Source of the DNA: Camelus ferus | Taxonomy: Eukaryota | DNA: 64,000 nt | Reading direction: 5' to 3' | Assembly: GCF_009834535.1 (NCBI RefSeq) | Contig: NC_045696.1 | Coordinates: 100,938,001 to 101,002,000 of the forward strand | Shown: positions 48,395 to 62,844 of the stretch, piece by piece | Layout: each line of letters opens with the position of its first letter | Numbering within the stretch: the stretch's first letter is position 1 | Position numbers and translations under genes: made by a program | The notes under the pieces: generated by a model | The model's input: the letters and a program-made list of their open reading frames with translations, nothing else | Database searches by the model: none | Told to the model about the DNA's origin: nothing

Positions 48395-48883
48395 TATTGC
48401 AGACACAGCTTGTTGCCTACTTTAAAATCTGTTCTTCTTTCTGATATTAGAATATCTAGTTTTTAGCTTGAACTGCAAACTTCCACCTTCTCTGCAGTTA
48501 GTGTGTCCTGGTACTAAGTTCTGGCCATTGGCACTGACATGTAACTGAATGTGCTATGCAACAGTTTCTAGTAAATCTCATAAAAGGTCTTCTCCCCTCT
48601 TCTCCCCTTTCCTCCTACCCATTGCTTGGAATGAAGAACTGATGAATGGAGCTTCATCTACCATTTTGGATTTTGAACCATTATGTTTTGGAGATTGGAA
48701 CAGATGAAAAGAAGCAAAACAAAGAAGACTGCTAAATTCATGGGTCTTGTGGAACTACCATATATTCGTGGTCTATTTGTATCTCAGCTCCCTTCTTTGT
48801 CACTCAAAAATGAACCTTATACTTGCTTAAGTACCTTGTGTTTCCTATGGCATGGAGGCAAACCTGAGCCATCTTCTAGTACA
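48395..48883 (+). mobile_element. MaLR LTR, MLT1J/I-like
   Basis: GCAGACACAGCTTGTTGCCTAC...ACTAAGTTCTGGCCA...TGCTTGGAATG...CCATTTTGGA...CTTGCTTAAG...CTAGTACA. Confidence 0.75.
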
Positions 48884-49409
48884 AGATATCTTTAATTTTC
48901 TAAAACTTGTTTTCCCTAGGGAATTTCAGTACATTTTAAGATTTCAGTTGCATAGCATTCATTTTACTAATGGAAGGGCAAGTTCTAAAAATGGTTTCTA
49001 TTATAATTCTTTCTTAAGAGGTTATAACTTACTTTATCATTTGTAAGATAAAACAATGTTTTAACTCAGTGTTTTAAAACTTGAAGGCATCTCTTTCCTA
49101 GCATAATCTGACTATTGATTTATTACTACTGATAATTAGTGATAGAAAATTAAATTAGATGCTTACCTTATCTTACATAAGACAGTGAATTACTTAATAT
49201 ATATTACTTAATATATTATTAAAATATATTTATCGCTAGTTTCAAAAATATTTTAAACAACTTTACTTGGTTGCATTGTGGGACAGCAGAAATATAGAAC
49301 CTTAGATTACTTGACATTGTTTTAAACCATAGAAAAAATCCAAAAGATAACACTTATACTTTAGTTTTTCTATACCAAGTTATTTTTATTCAATTATTTC
49401 ATAATATAG

Positions 49410-51450
49410 ACATGGTTGGGATTCATGGTAGATTAAAAACTGTGAAAGAAGAAACTGAAGCCACAGTAGTCTAAACGATTCAAAATCAAACACAGACAGA
49501 AAGACTGAATCAAATTGAACATAACATTAGCGTTCTGTGGGGACAGTTAAAGTAGGAGTCCCCAGAGGAGAAGAAAGAAAGCAGGAGAGAAAGCATTTAA
49601 AGAAACACTGGCCACATTTTTTTTTCCAAATTTGATGAAAAGTTTTAAATTGTATTTATGAAGCTCAAGAAATAGGACAAAAACTACATCAGGAAACATC
49701 ATAATCAAACTTAGAACTACTGATAAAGAAAACATATTAAAAGAAGCCAGAGGGGAAAAGTACACTGCATGCGGAACAAAAAAAGCTCAGCGCTCCTGGG
49801 AAACAGTGCAATCAAAAATAAATTGGAGTGACATCTGGAAAATGCTGGAAAAATAATCGAAGAAACAAAGTCAGTTAACATAGTCCTCTATAGCAAAGTG
49901 TGGAAGTGTGAAAACACTCTCTCTCTCAAAAGAATTGAACTTGTAATTAAAATCCTTAAGGAAAAAAACCCTCCAGAATCAGATGGCTTTAATAGTAGGA
50001 TTTTGACAGGTTGTTTATAAAATTCATTTGTAAATAAAATTCAGCTAGAATACGAAGACAACTCAGAAAGAGAAAGACAAAGTTGGAAGACAATCACTTG
50101 TTTGCAAGAGTTAACTATCAAAGCAAGACAGACAAACGTATTAATGAAACAGAATAGAGAGCCCAGAAATAGACCTATACTTTTAAGGACAACTAATTTT
50201 CACAAAGATGCAAAGAAAATTCAGTTACAGAGAAAATAGAGTTTTCAACAAATGGTGATAGATCATTTGGATAATCATATAAAAATAACAGTGAAGAATA
50301 TGCAAAATTAGTTCACAGCAGATCATCGTATTAAATGCAAAATGTAAATCTCTAAAACTCCTACAATTAAATATAGAAGAAAACCTTTGCAAACTTGTGT
50401 TATATCAAGATTTATTACATGATGTAAAAGCATGATCCACAAAAGAAAAAAATAATAAACTGGATTGCATCAAAATTAAAATTTTCTGCTTACTGAACAA
50501 ATCTATTAAGTCAATGAAAATACAAGTTTCAGATGGGGAAAATTATTTTTAAATCATTCATTTGATAAAGAACTTATATCCATAGAGACATAAATCACAA
50601 AATATTAAGAAACAGGCAAATGATTTGAGCAACACTTTACCACAAAAGCTAAATGGATAACAAATGAGCACATGAGGGGATGTTCAATATCAGTAGTCAG
50701 AGGCATGGGGGTTAAAGCGCAATGAAACACCAGTATACAACTATTCGTATGGCTAATATTCAAAAGGCTGAACGTAGTCGATGTTAGTGAGGATTTGGAG
50801 AAAATAAACTATCATACGTTGCTGGTGAAATTAAAAATGGCACATCCACTTTGCACAACAGTTTGCCAATTACCTCAAAAAGTATCATATGCATATCATA
50901 ATTCAGCTTTTCCATTTTTTGGTATTTACCCCAAAGAAACGAAAGCACAAGTTCAGTAAAATGACTATACAGAAATGTTCATAGCAACATTATCCATAAA
51001 CTAAATTTTAAGAATGTGCAGTAACTTCAAATTGAAAACCTGAAAGTCTATCATCTTATGAACAGATAAACAAATTGTGATATAGCCATGAAATGCAATA
51101 CTTCTTAGCAGTGTAACAAATGGACTATTGATTAAGAACAAGAAGATTGGTGAATCTCAACATAGCCATGCTGAATGAGAGAAGAGAAGTAATATATGTA
51201 GAATGATTTAATTTACATGAAATTCTGGAAAATGCAAACTAATGTGTAGTGACAGAAAACAGACCAGTCGTTTTCTGGGGACAGAGGGGAGTGGAAGACT
51301 GGAATTATAAAGGGGCATGAGTCAATTTTTCAGGTTGATGAATATGTTCATTACCTTGATTTTAGTGATGATATTATGAGTACGTACATACCTCGTTGTA
51401 CACTTTAAATATATATTGTATGTTGGCCATAACTCAATTATACTGTGAAA
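49410..51450 (+). mobile_element. L1ME/MC element (ORF1 remnant, deleted ORF2, 3' UTR)
   Basis: ORF1 motif (ACATCATAATCAAAC...GAAAACATATTAAAAGAAGCCAGAGG), ORF2 motif (GAAACAGAATAGAGAGCCCAGAAATAGACC), 3' UTR (GTACACTTTAAATAT). Confidence 0.85.
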
Positions 51451-53204
51451 AGTAATTACTCATTAGTGTGTCCCTTCCATTCCAGTAACAATCATGACCA
51501 CATGATGATAGTCACTACATAAAAACAAATGCATTCTTTCTGAAATACATCTAAGTTTTTACCTCCATATAAAATTGTTGATTTTCTGCATTTTTTTGAG
51601 TCTTTGAGAGAGTACTGATTATCCTTCTAACTTAGGACTGTTACCCTCTCATGGCAACCAAGAATTAATTCTCTATTTTCTCTAATCCTTTTATATTTTA
51701 TAGGTAGGGGAAAAGGCAACAGTATAAACTCTGCTATTCTGTCAGTTTTCCAGATGTTTAATACTTTCATCAGTGTTTTCACTTGTATTAAAAAAAGACA
51801 TCTGAGAATTCAGCAGTATACAAAATATGTGTGAAACCCAAGCTCTAACGTTCACGTAAAACTACCATGGGGAGAGATCTTGACAATTTTCAGACTTGTA
51901 TTGTGGAAGTATCCACTAGTATCAGGTAACAAGTCCATATTCTGAATATAATAAGGGGCCTCAGAGAGAGCCAGCTGCTAGCAAGGTAGTTTACATTGAT
52001 TATCTGAGGTAATCCTATGACCATACTATGAAATAGGAATTCTTTTTCCTAATTTACACTTAGAAAATGTAATGAACTTGCCAGATTTGAAAGTACTCTC
52101 TTGCATCACACAGCCTTTAAGAAGAGAAAAAACAAAAACAAAGGCAAAAACAAACTAACAAACAAAACAATGCCTTTGTGGAAACAACAAGGCCAGGAAG
52201 CTGGAAACAGACCTCTTAATAGAACCATGCCTCCTGCAGTCACTCGGAACATGGGGGAAAATGATAGGAAATGACAAAACTATAGACGAACTGCGTAACT
52301 TGTGGAAGGTAACGCTGCCTCTCTGGAACTCTGCATCATCCCTGAAGAATGAAAGAGTAGGCCAAATAATCCCACGTTTTCTTTTAGTTCCAGAAATTAT
52401 ATGATGCTGTGTGTGATGGGCAAACTGAACACTAGGCATGGTTGTGAAATACAATGAAACACAGAGGAGGTCTGTCTACGGAAGATGTGCTATTTCAGTT
52501 AAAGCAAAAACTGAAGACTACTAAATAAATGAAGAAATAAATGTTTAATCTCTGCCCTACAATCAGGACTCCTGAGAGGCACTCATAGCTTCTGGAGTTT
52601 GGCTTCTGTGAATCAACCATTGTGCTATAGGAATTTTCCCACATCACACTACATGTTACTAAGGTATTCATCAAGGGATGTAATTCTTCACACAAAATGG
52701 GTTCACTTTATAGTAGCTTTTACATGTACTTTATAATATACGATTTATGTTTAACTAGAGGTAACCTGCTATAACTCAGTTTTCTAATGTATTAGCCTTT
52801 TATAGATGAAAATTGGCTCCAAATTAGCAGTCTACAAGCCTAGAATCTTCTTCACCATAATATAATCTACTATAAATATACTTAAAAATTGAACATAGTT
52901 ATTGAGTAAAAAGAATATTTATGATCATTCAGAACATTATTAGTGAACAATTCATATTTTCTTTAAAAAAATTCATTTAAGTCTGTATAATCTAAATATA
53001 TAGTCAGAATTACACTACTAATAAATGTTTTACTAACAAATTTGTTATAAATCAGTTAATTAAAACAGCTGGTACTGAATTTGATTATGTATATTTATTG
53101 CATTTAAATGTTATCATGAGGGAGTTTCCTTAAAAAATTTAAATTTCATCACGAAATTTGAAGATTTTTTAAAAATTGCCAAAGAAATCCTTTAATACTA
53201 TCCA

Positions 53205-53380
53205 AGGCAGCATGGCTCAGTGACTCATATATTGAAATTTGAAATTCTAATCTTAGCTTTTAATTCACCCACTGGGTGATACTGGGAAAGGCACTTAACC
53301 TCACTGATCCTTCATCTGTAGAATTGGATTGGTGGAAACATGGCTGTAAAGAGCTGTAAATAAATATAAGTAGCTATTAG
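53205..53380 (+). mobile_element. MIR SINE
   Basis: AGGCAGCATGGCTCAGTG...CTGGGTGATACTGGGAAAGGCACTTAACCTCACTGATCCTTCATCTGTAGAAT. Confidence 0.7.
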
Positions 53381-55719
53381 AGAATGAATTCCAACCTTTA
53401 CTCCATAAAAATCAAAAGAATCTAATTGCTATTGTTTAACATGAAACATCAACCCTGAAGCAAGCACTTAATAGAAGTATTATGAACCATGGACCCTTTG
53501 TGAGCCTTTGAAACTCATTATTCTGACACAAAGCTGATGAATTAAATGAAAAACAACATTGATTAAAAGCAGATAATAAAGATCAAGTCGAATTCAATAC
53601 AGACACAAAAATTACAAAACATCAAGAATAGTGCAGTCCATAATCTGTATCTGTGCTTATGCTGATTGCTGTAAATATGATTTGATGCTCTGCACTTAAC
53701 TGGGTTGAGGCAGAATAATTAAGTGTATATAACACACGGTGCCATTAGCAATATATGCCAACATTAGGGAGAAAATGACTTTTAATCTCTTTGCTTCCAC
53801 AAAGTAAACTAATAAGTAAGCTAATGTATTACATATATATGTAACCTCAGGACCGCTCTTCTCGGTGAGAGGTTCAGTGCAGGCATGATGGGAGTCGGGA
53901 GGGAAAAAAGAGGTGTGATCCAACGTACTTCTAAATAAAATGGCACAGCAGTGTCCCCTGATCATAACCTCCTTCCCACTTATCTCGGGTGTTCGTGTTC
54001 TGTATGAATCCTGTCTCAGAATTAGGTACTTTTTTTGAGTCTCAGAAACATGAAAAGATTTTCCCAGGAGAGAAAATGACCGTGTTTCCTTAGTGGTTCA
54101 GTTCATGACTTCAGTTTTACCTCCTTATTGCTTATTACCATTAGTATGTAGCATTCTGACGTACTCATAAAACAGAAGAAAACCACAGGGTTTAGTCGTA
54201 AGAAGGCAACTACCTGCAAAATAGGGGTAGGCGTCCATCAGCGCCTTCCTCCTGTCTATATACCCTTTCCCAAAATGTTTCAGTGAGATATTGACATACG
54301 TAAGAAAAACAAATCTCAACTCCCATAACTAAACATGTCGGAATTCTTACTGGTGACAAACCCAGCATTTTCTCAGTTTGCAAATGGCAGAAGGCCCAAC
54401 TCTCCACATTTGCCTATCATTTCCTGTCATACTTTCTTTGCTCTGCTTATCTGGGGAGGTGTGGGCTTTAGCCACAACATGGGTGGGTACGAGTTAAGTA
54501 AGAGAGAGGTAATATCTCATCACGACTTGAGCCTCTGGCATCAACTTCCAAACAGAATTTCTTTACTGTCATCCTTGGAGATGGAAACAGAAGATCAGCC
54601 CAGTGGCTGGAGCATTCACCTGTTGGCATTGAAGACAGCCAGCTGCACACCGAAAGCGTGTTAACACAAAGAGTATTTAAATCCTCTTTATTGGATTTGC
54701 TTTTAATTCTAGACATTTAAGAGAATATAAAACGGTTAACCCAATAAAGGATGCCATTTGAGGTTATTTCCCCAATGAGTAAAAAAAGAAACTGCTACTG
54801 CTACAGTATAAAATCAACCAAAACAAAATATTATTTCATCTCAAATTCCATATGAAGAATTTGTAAAGCATAATTGTTGACACAGCAGATACTAATTCCT
54901 TTGCAGTGTGTTGAGATTATAAAAATGTGTCTATACCACAATATCTTTGTATCTTATGTGTTTACTTTTATATTTATTGAGCTTCTATGTGATTACCCTT
55001 CCATAGATTTTTCTTACTTTATATTTAGACAAGCGTATTTCTGTCATTAACCAAAATGGTAGCTAAAAATTCCATAAACATATAGCTTGCTAACATGTGA
55101 CTCAATACATTTTTAAACTTCCTTCCTCTGAAATTATAATGACCATTGATATTCTTTTTTAAAATCACTTTAAAATCCGAAATATCATAACTTCTCTGAT
55201 ACACTTATGAACTTGTTAAGGAAAAAAATCAGCATAAACTTGCTTTCAGCAAAACAATTATTCTCTTGATATTAATTTCAAACCTATGTATTTTCTTTCA
55301 AAAGTACCTTACCATTTAATGTCTTTATGGATAAGAGGTTAATGATAAAATTAGCCTAATGAATTATTTAAAGCAAATCATAATCCCAATAAACATTAAT
55401 CTATGTTTATTAGACAATGTAGAAGGAAACAAGGATTTTGGGGTTGCACAGAAGAAGGTAAAAATCTCAGCCTCTCCCTATTTCTTTATCAGTAAAGTAG
55501 GATATAATGGTTTTCCTGAAAATTAGTAGTAAAAATACATCTTCTGGCCCAGAATTTGGTCACAGAGGGTGCTGAATATATAGCTTAACTCATTTTCTTA
55601 CAATGAATGCATAACTAGATGCTTATTTAATGAGTTTTTGCTTAAGATTCTGATGGACTGCTGAAGCAGAAGAGGATGTATGTATGTGGTAGGTCTGTAC
55701 CTTCATTGCCTCTGGGGGG

Positions 55720-56085
55720 TCTAGACAACAGTATTTAACACGAATTTTTTGAGAGAACCTGGGATAAAAGCCCATTCCCAAGAGCGCCCTGGGTGTTACC
55801 ATTCTCCCACCATATGGAGAAAGTCTTTGGTGAAAGAGAATGAAGCCACCCTGCGGAGAAAAGCAGATGACTGTGTGTGTGTGTGCATGTGTGTGTTTGT
55901 GTGTATGAAGAAGAGAACGTCCTTATCCTGTGTTTGAGTCCCTTTCAGATTTGTGCCTGCACCTCTTGAAGTTTAATAATGCTTAATCTCTTTCAATTTT
56001 TGAGCCAATAAAAGCCTCCATTTTTAACCTCAGCTTGGAAGTTGGGTTTCTGCCACTTACAAAGGAAAAGAAACCTCAATATTTC
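55720..56085 (+). mobile_element. MLT1K/L-like MaLR LTR with a (TG)n tract
   Basis: GAGAATGAAGCCACC...GAGCCAATAAAAGCC...GTTGGGTTTCTGCCACTTACAA. Confidence 0.65.
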
Positions 56086-57539
56086 CATTATGCCTATGAC
56101 ACATGAACTTGGAGAACACCTACATTTAAGTACTGACTCAGTTTTTATCAGGTGTCTGACACAGAGACAGTCACAGCCTCTTGAAATCTCATGTTCTTCA
56201 GCTAGCAATTGGGAACCACTACATCTGCCTTATTGCACTGGGCTTTGCCAAAATTAGACATGTTTATTGTGATGATTTCTACTAAAAGCAATTTTTAATC
56301 ATTCTTTTCTCTAGCTACTCACATGCATACAGCCGGGGAACTACTGTTTTTACGTGGGAACAAAATAGTGAGTTAATAAAGCCCAACTTACTGAACTAAT
56401 TTAAGGTGATGATTCAGGAAGTCTGGGTTCTAAGTGAGGCTTCACTGTGCTACTGTGAGATCACAAGTAAGTAATTCAACCTTTCTGTTTTCTCATAGAT
56501 GACGAAATCCCAATTTGATCTCTCTATTGATGTAAAATGCCTCATGAATGCCTAAATTTGTTTGTTCATGTTTATAATTTCTCTTGACTAAATGTCAATT
56601 GCTGAGTTCAAGGGCATTCAATTTACTTGTATTTATTTCTCATTTATTTTAATATAAAATATTTCCCTCAGGTTTATCAAGTTTTTTTCTCCTTTCATAT
56701 TCTTAACTTTTCTTTTTGGTATAAGTGAACATCAAAACTTGTCAGTAATTCAAGATGAAATGAGATTATTTTAAAATACAGTATCACCTTTCCAAGTAAA
56801 TTCACAAACTAAACTCTGGATTCACTTAGGTATTTCTATTGCCTCTCAAATAAATACAGCATATTTTCAGCCCTGCTTCCCTAATGTATTCCATATAGTT
56901 GGTTCCTACCAGGTAATTAATATGAAGCTATTCGATTTAGGGGAGCAAAAAAGAAACACATATTTGATAGCTTGCATTTTCTACTTCAGTTACTAATTTT
57001 AAAAAAAGGAAAAGAAAGCTCAGCATTTCTTTGAGAATAAATGTCACTTTGTAATATCTGAACAATGTGCAAGATATAGACAGGCATTCATAGTACCAAA
57101 AGTAAAATACACAGTGACACATGCACGATACAACGTCACTGTCATCTACTCACTTAGGGATTAAGATTTTATGATAATACGACTATTCTGGGGACTAAGC
57201 TTGTACTAGGAAAAGACAATGGACTGTGATAGCAAACCCTGAAGATAATTTTGTATTTCCCAACTTCTAAACTATAGGCGCTGGTATTTCACACATCTGA
57301 CATGAGTTCCCCAATCTTTAAATCAAGGAATTTGGGGTAAATTACTTTTTAGTATCCCTTTCAGTAATACATTTTTAGAATCCTAATTTTAGGTATTTTG
57401 ATTATATGACACAGGTTTACAGATTTCCAAATATTAGTTAAAACAAAATATAGTTAGTACTAAACTTTTCACAGCATAATGCAGTCTTTCAATTAATATT
57501 ACTATTGGATAAATAATATAAATAATTAAACATTTCAAA

Positions 57540-58290
57540 TTACTCAACTATGTGAAAAATGTTCAACCACTTTAATTTTTACAATTTAATATATATGAGG
57601 TTTTTTTCTTACATCACATAGAAAAGAATGAACATTAACTTTTTTATGGATGCAGACAAATTCTCTATAAGATATTTGCTTTATCAATATAGCATTGCAT
57701 AAGGAATGTTTTACTCAATATTGGTTATATCTTAGAATTACAATCCTAGAAATTTATCTTAAGGAAAACAGAGATTTGTTACAAAGATTTATGAACAAGA
57801 ATATTTATTGTTGAATCATTGTGAAATAAGACAAAAATTTACGAAAGTGTAAATTGAAGGAAACTTTTTTCTCCCTGGCATATCTCACTTCTCTTCTTAA
57901 GAGACTAGCACTCATTTTACTTTTTGCTTTTTACTTTAGAAATTATCTCTTTGCCTACTTATCTTGTAGCATATTTTCTATTCTTACAACAAGGATCATA
58001 TGCTAGATTCTGTGCTGTAATTTTACATATAATTTGTACAATGAAATTTATTTCAGTAGTCCTGATGTCTTTATAAACTCTCACCATTTATTCAACATCA
58101 ACCAGTGGTTTCCAATGGTAGGCATTTTGAAGTTTCCAGTTTGATGTTGTAAGCAATGCTTTACTTCAATTATTTTTTTAAAGACATACCTATAAGAAAT
58201 TGTTTTCAAATACTTATGAAGAAAAATCACAGTTGATAAATTTGAGTTATCAGACACTTGAAGTGTCTTTCCCATTTTCACTGCTAAACC
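57540..58290. mobile_element. Decayed L1ME 3' fragments (both orientations)
   Basis: CTAGAAATTTATCTTAAGGAAA...TATGAACAAGAATATTTATTG on plus; CCATTTATTCAAC...TGGTAGGCATTTTGAAGTTTCCAGTTT on minus. Confidence 0.5.
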
Positions 58291-59545
58291 CACCTTGAAA
58301 ATAATGGAATATTTTGTTTAAAAAACAATAAAAACTTCCTTTTAATGAGATTACCTTAAAGACTGATGGAAGAGAAAAGTGCCCTGCATTCTGTTATAAA
58401 TAATGCAACACTAATAAATAGGATAAAACTAGAAAAAAATTCACATGGTTTAAGAACTGTTGTACCAAAATTCCACTGATTTATTTAAGATTAGTTTTAA
58501 GTCAGATAAATTAAAATTTTTAAAATCTGTAATTTATAAATGTATCCTATTTAGATATCTTCTCCATGTTGGAGCCCTAAAAATAAAGATAAAACCAGGA
58601 TTAAGACATGTTTGTAATAATAATTTTTTTATGCAAAGCATTAGCATTTTAAGCACATTATACATTCCTTTAGTTTCCTTGAAGAGCAAGAGTTTTTACG
58701 CACAGCAATGGAAAAACTTATTTTATCTCCATACTAAATGGCTTTTACTACAAAGATCAGCTTAAGGACATTGAAAAGTTAACAAGATATTGACAAGCAA
58801 ATTAACAAGGTATTTCTGTACTGTATCAAAGAGCTACTGGCTCTTTGGTTTAGGAAATATTTGAAAAGCTTTGATTCTATGTCATCACAGACCCTTAATG
58901 TCCCCACAAACAACTTTGCATTTGATTGTCATGTTCCTACTCATTACGAAAACAATAATTTTTCTGATTACAAATAGATCTTAGTAAGCTCACCTTTATC
59001 CATTCTTAGTAGCTAAGAGTGAGCTATGAAGCTTGAATCAGAGTTCTGCTCATGGGCAAATGATAGGTTCTTAAGTTTTCCTCATTTCATAGACAAATTG
59101 TGAGTACTAAAAAATGTGTTTCCAAAGACCTGATGCACAAGTTACATATGGTCATGCATGTGTAAGACCCAGCACAGTTCCTGAAACAGTAATATGCTCA
59201 ACAAACTATTGACATTATTTTTTCCTTTAAATGATTATATTATTGAATCTACATTCTAAATAGCCTATAAATATAAGTAAATTATCCCACAAGCTTTGTA
59301 ATTCAATTACTATTAGTTATGAATTATACATAACATACTCACAATCAAGCAAAACACAGTAATTTACTGTGACAACTCCCAGCACAAATGTACAAATATC
59401 AGAATGAATACTTGGACCAGAACGCAGGTATCCTAATTGCTAGGTCAGGAATTATCTCTTCAATGCTCTTTTCCTTGTACTCAAAAAGTTTTACAGCATT
59501 GGTACGCGACATCCATCACCTCGGAGGTAAAATCTACAAGCAGAT

Positions 59546-59738
59546 CTCTGGATGCTCAAAGTGCAATTCCTGGACCAACAGCATCACCGTCACCTGGGAA
59601 CTTGTCAAAAATGCAAATGTTTAGACCCCAGTCCAGACCTACTGAATCTGGACTTCAGGGGTGTGGCCCCAAAATCTGTTTTTGACCAAGCCCCCCAGGT
59701 GGTAGTGATGGACACTTTACAGAGGTCGAGAGCCATGG
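59546..59738. mobile_element. MER5A hAT-Charlie MITE
   Basis: GGACCAACAGCATCACCGTCACCTGGGAACTTGTCAAAAATGCAAAT...CCAGACCTACTGAATC, typical of MER5A. Confidence 0.9.
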
Positions 59739-60105
59739 TCTAGGCTGGCCATGAGGGCGCTGCTAGCCAGAAAACCCCCAAGTATGGCAAAAAGAGTACT
59801 TTTCGAAAAGCTCAACTCCTCTGACAAGCGCCTTAGTATCTTCACAAACAGGAAGAACTTAGCTTCCTCCACACCCAGCAGAGGGAACTTCACCATCCCC
59901 CAGTAAGGAATGACCACAGAGAAAAATAGAGAAGAAAGTCCTCTCAGGAGTAAAACAAAACAAAACAAAAAATAAAACACAAAACGAATCAGCCAAACTG
60001 ATGACAAGGAACACACTCTATTTTTTTTAGAAATGTGTTCTTAAGTTACAAAAAAAAGGGCTTCTTTGATTTATAAAGTCCTATAAAATGAAATGTTGTG
60101 ATTTT

Positions 60106-60320
60106 CTATGCTGTCCAGTATGGTCGCCACTGGCCATATGTGGCTATTTAAATACAATTTTTAATTACTAAAACTTAGATAAAATTTAAAATTTAGTTTC
60201 TCACTTGCTGTAGCAACATTTCAGGTACTTAATAGCTCCATGTGGCCAGTGGATAGCATATTAGACAATCCATGTCTAGAACATTTCCATCATCACTGAA
60301 AATTTTGCTGAATATCACTG
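60106..60320. mobile_element. MER3 hAT-Charlie MITE
   Basis: GCTGTCCAGTATGGTCGCCACTGGCCATATGTGGCTATTTAAAT...CATGTGGCCAGTGG...GAACATTTCCATCATCACTGAAA. Confidence 0.88.
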
Positions 60321-61419
60321 ATTGAGAAAAATAAATGTCATGATTCATACTTTGTGTAAGTGCTTTATATGATAGGCACTTTGTTCATTTATTTATTTAT
60401 TGGCCTAATTGCTCAATTATTTATTTTTAATAATTATTAATCTGCTTTGTTCTATAAATAATTCAGTGAAACACAAATAAATTATGAATGAGCACCTGAA
60501 GTAAGTGATGAAGAGATTCTGTAATTGTAAAAAAGATAAGAAGAATTATTAGATAAAAATCTATGCCACCTGGACATTTTCTGCAGGTAAAATTAGAATT
60601 TATAATTTCCAATTCAAGAAGGAGGTAGAAAAAATATTTTAAAATTTGGAAAGCTCACAGAGAGAAACTAACAAGTAGGCCATGCCCCCAGGGGAAGCAG
60701 AGTTATTCAAGTTCTAACTTACCCAGTATTTATTTTGTTCTCATAAAGAAAACTTGGTTAGAAAACATGGTCTTCTCATCAGCTCTATATTAGAATGACA
60801 AAATTCATCCAGCTTTTTCATATAATGTCCTCCATATCATCTAGACTCATATCTGCTCATTTAGTATTATAAATCCTATGACGTAACACATTAATATAGC
60901 ATTTAGCAAACTGATGGAGGGTCTACTTTCAGAAAACCATTTTAGAATAACTGATCTTATAAAGCCTCTTTATGTTATTTGATATATATATATATGATTT
61001 TGAGAATCTTATTATAGATATGATTATTCTGCTCAAAATGAATAGTCACATAAATTTGCATACAATATAAGGATTTCATATAACCTGCACATGTGTTCAC
61101 ACTCCAAGTGCTATTACCCACATAATGGGGAGAATTATACATTGTTTAGGATATATTCTACAGAGAGTAATTCTCACTCACTTAAGATCTGGATAGGTGT
61201 TAATTCATCAGTGATCTCAAGATTCCATTCTTTAAAAAGTCCCAGAACATTGCATTCCCATTTTTTTGATTAAATATGAGGTTATACACTTCACATGTCA
61301 ACCAGGAGAGAGGTTGTCTTGACCTCTAGTTTTGAAACTTGATGAGATTGAAAATCATGGGCACTGGAATAGAAAATCAGCTTACTTCTCAATGTACAGA
61401 AGTTGACGGAATGATTATG

Positions 61420-62060
61420 AATGGGAATCTTTTCAAACACTCAAAAAATACTTGCTCACCAGCATCAGTGGCATCACTAGCAACTAGTGGTCTGGTTGAC
61501 AACTAGTGTTTAAAGATAATTGATTGCTAGTATATGTTAGGCTGGATGGAGGTGTCTTGGGGCATGCCAAAGAACTCTGATTTGACCTTGTTCATTTCAA
61601 GGAAAACACTGTCAACATATTTGTAGAAGATACAGGTATAAGAGAGATAGCAGCCAAGTGACAGAATCTAAAGTTTTTAAACATGTATAAGAGAAAAACA
61701 TTCAAATGTGATTATTTGTTCACAGGTAATATGCATACATGTGCATCTAAATGTTAAATTTCATTAACAAAGTGCATACTGGAAGACTTTTGCCTTTACA
61801 GCAAATCCTGCATGGATTTTGTTTAAGTGCAAATTCACCATCAATCATAAATGACATGGCTGCCACAAAGCCTAATGTCATTTTCAGCTACAGTAACAGA
61901 AGCCTCATGTAAAGTTCAAGGAGGGAATGAGAAATTATCACTGGACCCTGCACTGACATTTTATTTGGTTCTGAGCAGTACATTTCAAAACAGACATGAC
62001 AAGTCACTGATGTCTGAAAACGTATGCGAAGATTGAGGAAAGTTCTATAAACAATGTCAT
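61420..62060 (+). mobile_element. L3/CR1 LINE remnant (RT region)
   Basis: GGCTGGATGGAGGTGTCTTGGGGCATGCCAAAGAACTCTGATTTGACCTTG resembles the CR1 RT segment encoding W..V.SGVPQGSVLGP; GGTTCTGAGCAGTACATTTCAAAACAGACATGACAAG resembles the QFWAPHFKRDIDK segment. Confidence 0.6.
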
Positions 62061-62844
62061 CTGAGTAGCACATGAAGTAACAATGTGATTGAAACCACAA
62101 CTGGAGCGCCTGAAGGAAACTCAATCCGACAAGCCAGGGAATGCTATCTGGGAACAGTGAAACACAGAGAAAAGAAGCCAGGCTTAGTCAGGTCCTCATG
62201 GTAGAAAGTCATCATCAAAGAGAAAGGCAACTGTCTTCAAGCTAAAGACAGTGGAATTGTCCAAAAGAAGGCACGGTCCCATTCCTAAAGGGACTGGTTT
62301 CCGGAGGCAAATGCCCAGGCAGACCCTGACAAGGACTGTGAAACAAACTGGTTATGTACTTAAGACCAGGCAGAAGAAGCCTACAATTTAGAACTGCGGT
62401 GGCAAGGTAGAGCTAGACTAACAGTACCAAGGACAAATATATGAGCTGTTTAAAGCATCTCTGTTTAAATTCAGATAAGGATTTATATCTGTTGTAGTAA
62501 CTGTGTGACAACTGAACCATAATTCCACCCTCTTGCAACCTGGATAGAAATTGCTGTATGTTCATGACATCCCTACTCATTGAAGAGGCATGTAGCCTCA
62601 AAATTATTTTTATTTTTAAAACAGGACTTCAGGTCAACAGTACATTCAGAAGAATTAGCAGGCAAGGTGAAACGGAGGGACTGGGTAGATTGGGATCAAA
62701 GGACACTGCAAAAGAAATGAAAAGATAAGAGTGTGAACAGATAGTGAATCCATGAAGCACATTTTCATTCTGTAAGGGAGTTTTTGCCCAGACTTCATGA
62801 AAAGGTTTTTTCCCTCTCTAAGATGATACGGTTAGAACTGAGAG

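Noticed and set aside
59745..59765. CTCF-like GGCCATGAGGGCGCTG
   Set aside because: Spacing does not fit the CCASYAGRKGGCRS core.
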